A DNA stretch of 64,000 bases from Acidobacteriota bacterium (GTDB lineage: Bacteria; Acidobacteriota; UBA890; WLXD01). The notes below the pieces were generated by a model. That model did no database searches and was not told the origin of the DNA. It saw nothing but the letters and a program-made list of their open reading frames with translations. The translations under genes and the position numbers were made by a program. Where the stretch lies: NCBI GenBank assembly GCA_965205505.1, contig CBDBHB010000009.1, positions 1,824,001 to 1,888,000 on the forward strand. Direction: 5' to 3'. Shown piece by piece: positions 39,439 to 47,995 of this stretch (position 1 is the first letter of the stretch; every line of letters starts with the position of its first letter).

Positions 39439-40386
39439 TCACCTTCTCTTTACGCCGGGAAGCACACAGAGGATCTCGAACAGAATGTTAGCTCCGGTCA
39501 GCGCCGTGTTGCCGGAGGCGTCGTAGAGCGGTGACACCTCTACCAGGTCGCCACCGATGATATCCATTCCGCGGCAACCTCGGACGATTTCCAGACCTTG
39601 GATGGAGGTCAGCCCGCCGATCTCCGGCGTGCCGGTTCCCGGCGCGTAGGCCGGGTCGAGGCTATCGATATCGAAACTCACGTATACTGGCCCGGCGCCG
39701 AGTTGCTCGCGAACCTCGTCCATCAGGGGGCTCAGCGAGCGATGCCAGCACTGCTCCGCTTCGACCACCCGAATGCCCTGTCGGCGCGACCAATCGAAGT
39801 CATCGGGCGCGTAGCCGCTGCCGCGCACACCAATCTGCACGGTGCGCCGCGGCTCGATGAGCCCCTCCTCTACGGCGCGCCGAAACGGGGTTCCGTGTGC
39901 GATATCTTCACCGAACATCTCGTCGTTGATGTCGGTGTGAGCGTCTACATGCACCACCCCGACCGGACCGTGCTTCTTGCACATGGCGCGCAGGATCGGC
40001 AAGACGATGGTGTGGTCGCCGCCGAGCGTCAGGGGGACGCAGTCGTGTGCCAGGATCTCGTCGTACGCTGACGTGATGATGTCGACCGACGCTCGCAGGT
40101 TGAAGGTGTTGATGGCCACGTCGCCGATGTCGGCGACGGTCAGCGAATCGAACGGCGCCGCCCCGGTTGCCATTTGATACGGGCGGATCAGCGCCGATTC
40201 CATGCGGATATAGCGTGGCCCGTACCGGGTCCCCGGACGATTGGAGGCGCCAATGTCCATCGGCACGCCGACGAAGCAAGCGTCGAGGCCGTCGGCGTCG
40301 GGTCGGGTCGGCAACCGCATCATGGTGCCTGGGCCGCCGAAGCGGGGCATCTGGTTGCCCCCGAGGGGCTGGTTGCGCTCGGACAT
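39439..40386 (-). CDS. speB: Agmatinase / guanidino ureohydrolase
   Basis: GGDHT, DAHTD, SFDIDSLDPAYAPGTGTPE. Start at MSERNQP. Exact substrate cannot be determined. Confidence 0.88.
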   Translation of the reverse strand: MSERNQPLGGNQMPRFGGPGTMMRLPTRPDADGLDACFVGVPMDIGASNRPGTRYGPRYIRMESALIRPYQMATGAAPFDSLTVADIGDVAINTFNLRASVDIITSAYDEILAHDCVPLTLGGDHTIVLPILRAMCKKHGPVGVVHVDAHTDINDEMFGEDIAHGTPFRRAVEEGLIEPRRTVQIGVRGSGYAPDDFDWSRRQGIRVVEAEQCWHRSLSPLMDEVREQLGAGPVYVSFDIDSLDPAYAPGTGTPEIGGLTSIQGLEIVRGCRGMDIIGGDLVEVSPLYDASGNTALTGANILFEILCVLPGVKRR

Positions 40387-40534
40387 CGAGTCGTCCTTCG
40401 AGGTTGAAAGGGCGCCATCAAGATACCAGGCTCGGCCCCCCGACCGATCCTGCGCGGTGCCCTTCACATTCGGCGTCACTTCGCCGAGAATCGCCGGGAC
40501 GAGATCGGTTACCGACTTGATACGAGGGGGCGCA

Positions 40535-41188
40535 ATGAGCTCGAAGGCACTCGCTCGGTGGGTGCTGGGTCTGACGGCGGTCGTTAGCTTGATGGCGCCG
40601 ATCGCCGCGGCTTCCGGTACGCCGCAGGATCCCACTGCCGGCATACCCACACCTGAGTCGGTGCTCGGCTTCCGTGTCGGCGACGACTTCAAGCTCGCCA
40701 CCTACGAGCAGTCGATCGCCTACTTTCGGGCGCTGGCGGTAGCCTCAGACCGCGTCGAGCTGCGGCAGGTCGGGCGCACTTCGGAGGGCCGTCCCACCTA
40801 TATCGCGTTGATCTCCTCGCCGGAGAACCTGGCCAACGTCGAGCGCTATCGCGAGATCTCGCTGCAGCTGGCCCATCCGGATGACCTCACGGACGACGAA
40901 GCCCGTCGGTTGGCCGGTGAAGGCAAGGCGATCGTCGCCATCGACGGCGGCCTGCACGCCAGCGAGACGGCGCATGCTCAACACACCATTCAACTGGCCT
41001 ACGACATCGTCACCGAGAAAGAGGGCGCCGAGGGGCGGGCCATCCTCGACAACGTGATCTTGTTGCTGTGGCCGTCGATCAATCCCGACGGCCAGACCAT
41101 GGTTGCCGACTGGTATGCGGAGAACCTCGGTACGCCGTACGAGACAGCTCGCCTGCCGCCAGCAGACGACAATACGAAGCGCCCGTAA
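40535..41188 (+). pseudogene. Truncated secreted M14 zinc carboxypeptidase
   Basis: Signal peptide, GRTSEGR, GLHASE, PSINPDG; ends before the expected NRD and third-ligand motifs. Confidence 0.78.
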
Positions 41189-41230
41189 GCCGCCGAGCCA
41201 GAAGTCGATGACCGACAACATGAGATCAAG

Positions 41231-43123
41231 GTGATGCGATCAGGCATGCGCTCGACGACTGGGCGGCTCAGTGCGCTCGCCCTGCTCGCGCTGCTGCTGC
41301 CCGGCCATCAGGCCACCGTCGTCAAGTTCCCTGACCCGGATATCGGCGAGCAAACGCTGCAAGCACGCCGCGCGGCGCAGCTGGCTGCTGCCGAGAGCAT
41401 CAGCGTGGCCCACGACTTCCAGTTCGTCGATCGACTTCCGGAGAGCGGCATCACGTTTCGCAACCGCGTCGTCGACGACGCGGCGCGTACCCACAAGGCA
41501 GCGCACTACGATCACGGAACCGGGCTAGCGGTAGCCGATGTTGACGGCGACGGGCTGCTCGACCTGTACTTCGTCAACCAGATCGGCACCAACGAGTTGT
41601 GGCGCAACCTCGGTGCCGGTCGCTTCGAGAACATCACCAAGCGTGCCGGAGTGGGCCGCGCAGACGTGGTCAGCGTCGGCGCCTCGTTCGCCGACATCGA
41701 CAACGACGGCGACCCGGATCTGTTCGTCACCAGTGTGCGGGGCGGCAACGCGCTGTTCGAGAACCGCGGCGGACGCTTCCGAGATATCTCCGCCGCCGCC
41801 GGCGTGGATTATGTTGGCCATTCCTCTGGCGCGGTCTTCCTGGACTACGACGGCGATGGCCTGCTGGACTTGCTGGTAACCAACGTCGGCACCTACACGA
41901 GCGACGAGCGCGCCGACGGCTTCTTCACGGCGCTGGAAGATGCTTTTGAGGGGCATCTGTTTTCCGAGCGCAGCGAGGCCAGCATTCTCTATCGCAACCT
42001 CGGCGACAACGCGTTCCGCGAGGTGTCGGCCGCTGCCGGGCTTGTCGACGACTCGTGGAGCGGCGACGCCAGCATCGTCGATTTCGACGCCGACAATGAT
42101 CCGGACCTGTACATCTTGAACATGCAGGGTAGCGATCATTACTACGAGAACACCGCCGGCGTGTTCGTCGACAGGACCGCCGCCAACTTCGCCCGTACCC
42201 CATGGGGAGCCATGGGTATCAAGGCGTTCGATCATGACAATGACGGCGATCTCGACCTGTTCCTGACCGATATGCACTCGGACATGAACGACGAGGTCGG
42301 GCCGGAAGGGGAATCGGACAAGCAGCGGTTCCGCTACTTCTATCAGGAGGCGTTCATCCACATGATGGGAAATGCCTTCTATCGCAACGATGGCGCCGGC
42401 GGCTTCACCGAGATTTCCGACGCTATCGGGCTCGAGAACTTCTGGCCCTGGGGGACCAGCGTGGACGATATCAACGCCGACGGCTGGGAAGATGTCTTCA
42501 TCGCCTCGAGCATGAACTATCCGTTCCGCTACCAGATCAACTCGTTGCGCCTCAACCAACGTGGCGGGGGGTTCGCTGCTGCCGAGTTCGTCCTCGGGAT
42601 CGAGCCGCGCCGGGAGGGCCGAATCAGGACCCCATGGTTCGAAGTCGACTGCGGGGCCGACGATCGACCGGAGACGGAGTTGATTGCCACCCACTGTGCC
42701 GGCCAGGAGGGTGCGATCGGCGTGCTCGGAACAGTGGGCACGCGTACGTCGGCGATCGTCGATCTCGACAACGACGGCGACCTCGACATCGTAACCGGCG
42801 AGTTCAACAGCGAGCCGCAGTTGCTGTTCAGCGATCTCGCCGAGCGGCACGAGATTCACTGGCTTCAGGTGGCGCTCGAGGGCACGGCGTCCAATCGTGA
42901 CGGGCTCGGCGCCTGGGTCACGGTGTACACCGCCGACGGACAGCGAACCCGCTACCGGGACGGTAAGTCGGGATACCTGTCGCAAAGCTCGACGGCGCTC
43001 TACTTCGGGCTCGGCGAAGCAACCTCGGTCGACCGGGTGGCGGTCACCTGGCAGGGCGGCGCGACGCAGGTTCTCGAGGGTCCGATCGCGTCCAACCAGC
43101 TGCTGCGTATCCGGCAGCAGTAG
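41231..43123 (+). CDS. CRTAC1-family protein (FG-GAP repeats + ASPIC/UnbV)
   Basis: Repeated DxDxDGxxDL motifs; C-terminal SNRDGLGA...GYLSQS...YFGLG. Confidence 0.92.
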   Translation: MMRSGMRSTTGRLSALALLALLLPGHQATVVKFPDPDIGEQTLQARRAAQLAAAESISVAHDFQFVDRLPESGITFRNRVVDDAARTHKAAHYDHGTGLAVADVDGDGLLDLYFVNQIGTNELWRNLGAGRFENITKRAGVGRADVVSVGASFADIDNDGDPDLFVTSVRGGNALFENRGGRFRDISAAAGVDYVGHSSGAVFLDYDGDGLLDLLVTNVGTYTSDERADGFFTALEDAFEGHLFSERSEASILYRNLGDNAFREVSAAAGLVDDSWSGDASIVDFDADNDPDLYILNMQGSDHYYENTAGVFVDRTAANFARTPWGAMGIKAFDHDNDGDLDLFLTDMHSDMNDEVGPEGESDKQRFRYFYQEAFIHMMGNAFYRNDGAGGFTEISDAIGLENFWPWGTSVDDINADGWEDVFIASSMNYPFRYQINSLRLNQRGGGFAAAEFVLGIEPRREGRIRTPWFEVDCGADDRPETELIATHCAGQEGAIGVLGTVGTRTSAIVDLDNDGDLDIVTGEFNSEPQLLFSDLAERHEIHWLQVALEGTASNRDGLGAWVTVYTADGQRTRYRDGKSGYLSQSSTALYFGLGEATSVDRVAVTWQGGATQVLEGPIASNQLLRIRQQ

Positions 43124-43177
43124 GGCCCGTATGTCAGCACGGCGGGCGTCGGCAAGGTCGACGGCGGGCTGTGGCGG

Positions 43178-45663
43178 CTACTCCTCGGCGAGAGCCGCCA
43201 CCGGGTCGATGCGTGTGGCGCGGCGTGCGGGTATGAGGCAGGCAAACAGCGCCACCACGCCCAGAACCCCGCTCACCGTGAAGACGACCGCGGGCTCCAT
43301 CGCCGAGACGCCGAACAGCTGGCTCTCGATGACTCGACGCAGGGCCAGCGCGCCGCCCATTCCGAGCGCCAATCCTAGGCCCAGGATGGCGGTGCCTTCT
43401 CGCAGCACCAGGGCGAAGATTGACCGCGCGTTGCCGCCCAGGGCCGACCGAATGCCAAACTCCTTGGTGCGAAGCTGCACCAGATAGGCGAGGACGCCAT
43501 AGATACCCACAGCCGCGAGCATCAGAGCCACGCCGCTGAAGCCTGCCGCCAGCAGCATCGGCGTGCGCCGGTTGGTCATCGACGCATCGACGCGCTCCTG
43601 CAGTGTCCGGATGTCATAAGCGGCAGGTCGGGGTCGATCGTGGCGATGACGCGACGCACGGTGTCGGTGAGCAACCGTGGGTCGCCGCTGGTGCGGATCG
43701 CGATGTCGACTCCGCTTCTGGGGTCCTGCTCGTAGGGGAAGTAATAGGCGCCGGTCTCGCTGAAGCCAAGCTCGAGCCGACCCATCTGCACCGGTTCGAT
43801 GATCCCTACGATTTCGAAGAACTCCGCGTTCTCGGTGTTCATGATGTCTTCGGCGCTCCCCGGAAGCCACATGCGCTTCCCCAGCGCCTCCCCTGGGCCC
43901 CAGAAGCGCGCCGCGAGGTGCTCGTCGATGATGATCGTCTGGAGACCGTCGGCCGTGTCGCGTGAATCAAAGCTACGGCCCTGCGTCACGCGGATACCGA
44001 GCGTGGCGAAGTAGTCAGGTGTCACCACGTTCTGTTGCGGAGAGACCGCCGACTCTCCCGGCTCCATGACGTGGCCCTCAGCGAAGATAACGCTGTCGCT
44101 GCCGCCGTCGCCGAACGGAATCTGGGTTGTGAAGCCGACGGATTCTACTCCGGGGAGACTGGCGATCGCCGGCAAAGCCTCCACGGCAAAGGCGCGCAGA
44201 TCGGAGTCTTCCGGATAGCCGGTAGGCGTGAGCGAGACAGCTCCGGTCAGCACGCCCTGCGGATCGAATCCGGTTTCGACATTCAGCAGCTGGCGGAAGC
44301 TGGCCATGAGCAGGCCTGCGGCGACCAGCAGCATGAGCGCGAAGGCCACCTGCGCCACCACCATTCCCCGCCGCACGTGACGAAGTCCTCGCGACGCGGT
44401 GCCGGAACGGCCCTCCTGCCGGAATACGGCGCTCAGATCTAGCCGCGCCAGTCCGGCGAGCGGGATGAGCGCTACCATTACTCCTACCACGAGTGACAAC
44501 GTCACCGTGAACAAGACTGCCGTGGCGTCGAGCTCGATCTCGCCGGCGCGCGGCAGCTGATCGATCCCCATGGCGCCGAGCGCTCGGAGGCCAGCCTGTC
44601 CGAGCAGTAGTCCGGCGACGCCGCCGGTGATGCTCAGCACGGCGATCTCGGTCAGCAGCTGCCGAACGACGCGACGATACCGGGCGCCGAGCGCCAGGCG
44701 CGTGGCCAGCTCTTTGGAGCGGGCCGTCGAGCGTACCAGCACCAGGTTGGCGACGTTCACGCAGCCGATCAGCAGCACGAAACCGACACCACCCCAGAGC
44801 ATGAAGAGCACACCGCGCACGTCGTGTGTGAGGTCCTCCTGGAGTGCGTAGAGCGGCGTGTGGAAGCCTGCGTCTAGCAGCAATGGCTTGAGCGCCGGCA
44901 TCTTCTCGAGGTTGGCGGCGTTGAGTGCGTTGACCTGCTGCTGTGCCTGCTCGATTGACGTGCCAGGCCGAAGGCGCGCGAACATCGTCAGGTTGTTGCC
45001 GTGGTATCGCTGCCGTCGTTCGGGCGTGAACGCGAGAGCGGTCCACAGGCGCACGCTCGGATCGAGGAACGCGAATCCCCGCGGCATGATGCCGACGATG
45101 GTGAACGGCGTGGCGTCGATGCGCATCTCGGATCCGACAACCGACGGATCGCCGGCGTATAGCTGTTCCCACAGTCCGTGGCTGAGCACGACGACGCTGT
45201 TTTGCCCGTCTTCTCCCTCGGCTGCGGTGAAGGTTCGCCCGCGCGCCGCTTCGGCGCCCAACACGCCGAAGAACGACGGCGTTGCTTCCTGCGCTGTGAT
45301 GCGCTGCTGAGTGCCCTCTATCTCGATGCTTCGACCTTGGTACCTGTAGGCCGCGACCGACTCGAATGCGTCCAGCTCGCCGCGATCGTAGAAGTCGGGG
45401 ACGCTGTTCGAGCCGCGAAGTCGGCTCGTTCCGCTGCCCGCCATGGCGCCGGGATAAGCATTCCACATGGTGACCAGGCGTTCCGGCTCCGGCACGTCGA
45501 GCGGCTGCAAGATGACTGAGTTAACGACGCTGAAGATCGTCGTGTTGGCGCCGATGCACAGGGCAAGGGTGAGGCCGGCGGTGGACAGAAACGCCTTGTC
45601 CTTCCAGAGTTGTCGAACAGCGAACCTAATGTCCTGCAGTAATGCGTCCAAGGAGGCCTCCAT
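43178..45663 (-). CDS. ADOP-family duplicated orphan ABC permease, frameshifted near 43615
   Basis: QDIRFAVRQL, GANTTIFSVVN, LLIGCVNVANL, QVAFALMLL; the C-terminus GIYGVLAY...ARRATRIDP lies in another frame. Confidence 0.88.
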
Positions 45664-45780
45664 AGCTCATGGTGGCTCATACGGTCGGAACCGCGGTGGG
45701 TTTCGCCTGTGTGAGCCAAGGTTCTGGGCGCACGTCAGAAACGGGCGCCAAAGCACACTCACCCCGACGGTCGTAGATGA

Positions 45781-45802
45781 ACTACGACGAACGTAGTAGA
45801 AT
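45781..45802 (+). promoter_or_regulatory. Putative BlaI-type operator palindrome overlapping a -10 box
   Basis: ACTACG-ACGAA-CGTAGT (45781-45797) then TAGAAT, 7 bp before the GTG start. Confidence 0.6.
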
Positions 45803-45809
45803 CGCTCCT

Positions 45810-46211
45810 GTGACGAACGCCAAGGGGAAGTCGGGTGGCCTAGGCGAACTCGAATCTGCGGTCATGCGGGTTGCCTGGGAACGGGGTCAGGCCACCGTGG
45901 CCGAAGCGCGCCAAGCGCTGGAGCCGGAGCGATCGCTGGCCTACACGACCGTGATGACGGTGATGTCGCGATTGGCAGACAAGGGTCTGCTGCGGCGTCA
46001 AAAGGAGGGCCGCGCCTACGTCTACCGCCCAGCGGTGGCACAGGACGAGGTAGCGGGCAGACTATTGAGGTCCCTGGTCGGCCGTCTCTACGGGGGCTCG
46101 CCGGCTCACGCCATCGCCTACCTGATCGAGGCGGAGCCCGCGGTCGATGATCAGGAGCTTGCGAGGCTCGAAGAGTTGATCCGTCGTAAGCGAGGCGGTG
46201 GCGATCGATGA
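45810..46211 (+). CDS. BlaI/MecI/CopY-family repressor
   Basis: LGELESAVMRVAW, LAYTTVMTVMSRLADKG, GRAYVYRP. Confidence 0.93.
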   Translation: MTNAKGKSGGLGELESAVMRVAWERGQATVAEARQALEPERSLAYTTVMTVMSRLADKGLLRRQKEGRAYVYRPAVAQDEVAGRLLRSLVGRLYGGSPAHAIAYLIEAEPAVDDQELARLEELIRRKRGGGDR

Positions 46212-47200
46212 GCCCGGCGACCCGCTTCCTGCTCTACAACCTGTTGCCGGCGATGGTAGCCGGGGCCTTCGTCTGGGCGCTGGTGCACGCGGGCGTGCAT
46301 TTGTTGCGGATTCGGCACGGCAAGCTGCGCTTGTGCCTCTACATGGCGCCGCTGATCAAGTCGACCCTGGTCTTGGTCGGGATGACGATCGTGTTGCGTT
46401 GGCCGCGTGACGTGTTCGAGGGTTGGCGCGCCGGCGCCTTGCCGCCGCAGACCGTCGCTCCGATCCTGGTGGTGCTTACCGGGCTGGTGCTGATTGCACG
46501 CAGCTTTGCGGTGCGCCGCTCAGAGCGCGTTCTGCTGGCCGGAGCTACCTCGGCGGGTCAGCTCTCGCCGCCGCTGGCCGAGGCGTATGGCCGCGTGCTG
46601 CGCGCCTTCAAAGAGCGCGGCGCTCACCGGCTCGGGGATTGTGACTGGGTACCCGAGCTGCCCGCTCCCCGCTTGATGGCGACCGACAGTGACCTGCGCT
46701 CGCCCGCGGTCGTGTTCGGAGAGCAGCCGACCATTGTGTTCCCGCGCGGCTTGATCAACCGGCTGCAAGAGACCGAGCTGGATGCGGTGCTCGCACACGA
46801 GCTCGCCCATGTCTACCTGCGCGCGCCGTTGAGCTGTTTAACCGCCGAGGCGGCGCGTACCTTGACACTGGTAAACCCGATGGCCGGTTTGATGGCGGCC
46901 CAGCTGCATCGGGAAGAGGAAAGCGCCTGCGATGACGTAGCCGTCGCCGCCACCGGAAGCGCCGACCGGTACGCCGCCACATTGCTCGAGTGCTACCGCT
47001 ACGCCACCGAGTCCGAGTCGACCGGTCTACTGACCGCCCGCCTGCAGCATGTGCCGCAGCTGTTGGGGGTCCGGCCGATGCTGTCGGAGCGCATCGAGCG
47101 GCTGGTGAGCGGGCGCGGGCCGGCCGAGAATCTCGGCGCACAGTACATAGCGTTCGCGCTCTTATGGACCGTGCTCTGGGTGCTCGTTTTCTCGGTGTGA
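46208..47200 (+). CDS. M56-family (BlaR1-like) membrane metallopeptidase without a sensor domain
   Basis: TM segments, VLAHELAH, EESACDD; overlaps the blaI-like stop. Confidence 0.9.
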   Translation: MSPATRFLLYNLLPAMVAGAFVWALVHAGVHLLRIRHGKLRLCLYMAPLIKSTLVLVGMTIVLRWPRDVFEGWRAGALPPQTVAPILVVLTGLVLIARSFAVRRSERVLLAGATSAGQLSPPLAEAYGRVLRAFKERGAHRLGDCDWVPELPAPRLMATDSDLRSPAVVFGEQPTIVFPRGLINRLQETELDAVLAHELAHVYLRAPLSCLTAEAARTLTLVNPMAGLMAAQLHREEESACDDVAVAATGSADRYAATLLECYRYATESESTGLLTARLQHVPQLLGVRPMLSERIERLVSGRGPAENLGAQYIAFALLWTVLWVLVFSV

Positions 47201-47251
47201 GTTTTTTTGTTGAACCTAAATCCTACCATCGTAGTAGAAGGAGGCTGCGAG

Positions 47252-47488
47252 ATGGATCGACGAATGATTGACGAGCGGGAGCCCGGCAGGGGAGAGACCC
47301 GTGTTGTCTACACTTGCTGGCCGTGGCCCTACGGGGCGCTGTTTTGCGGCGTGTCGCTGGTGGTGATCGGTGCCGCGCTGGTGCTCAGCACGTACTTTCC
47401 CATGCGGCCTGATCTGATCTGGGGCGTGCTGCTCATGCTGTTGGGCGCGTTCGTACTGGTCTGGCACGCTCGCGGTGGCGAGATGTAG
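47252..47488 (+). CDS. Small two-TM membrane protein
   Basis: RBS AAGGAGG; GVSLVVIGAALVL and IWGVLLMLLGAFVLV helices. Confidence 0.65.
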   Translation: MDRRMIDEREPGRGETRVVYTCWPWPYGALFCGVSLVVIGAALVLSTYFPMRPDLIWGVLLMLLGAFVLVWHARGGEM

Positions 47489-47530
47489 CCGCCGGATGCC
47501 CTTTTCTGCGCACTGCTTGAGTCTCTTTTC

Positions 47531-47556
47531 ATATAGGTATAAAACTATATCTATAT
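47531..47556. promoter_or_regulatory. AT-rich palindrome upstream of padR (putative operator/promoter)
   Basis: ATATAGGTATA-AAAC-TATATCTATAT, a 10/11 inverted repeat in high-GC surroundings. Confidence 0.55.
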
Positions 47557-47632
47557 ACGGAGATTGGCCCTGGAGCCGGTCACGACATCAGAGCCGGTTT
47601 TTCGTGGCCTTGGTCCGAATGGGGAGGGACGC

Positions 47633-47995
47633 GTGGGAAGCAAGCTAGCCACGGCGAAGCTCGAAGCCGCGATACAGGCTCATGTCCCAATGAAGCCGGC
47701 TTGGTTTCAGATACTCGTTGCGATCGCCACCGGCCATTCGCATGGCTATGCGATTCGTCAGGCGGTGGAGAAGCGGACCGAGGGCCGGATTCAGCTGTGG
47801 CCGGCGACGCTGTATGGAACGCTGCGACAGCTTAGGGAGGCCGGTCTGGTGGAGGAACAAGAGCTCGCAACAGACGCGCGGCGCAAGCGGAGCTTCGTGC
47901 TGACCGAGGTCGGCCGTGCGGTGCTCGACGGCGAGACGCGTCGCCTCGAACGCCTCGTACAGATCGTGCGCACCGAATCGGTGCTGGCGCGATGA
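47633..47995 (+). CDS. PadR-family transcriptional regulator
   Basis: HGYAIRQAV, WPATLYGTLRQL, RSFVLTEVGRAVL. Confidence 0.9.
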   Translation: MGSKLATAKLEAAIQAHVPMKPAWFQILVAIATGHSHGYAIRQAVEKRTEGRIQLWPATLYGTLRQLREAGLVEEQELATDARRKRSFVLTEVGRAVLDGETRRLERLVQIVRTESVLAR

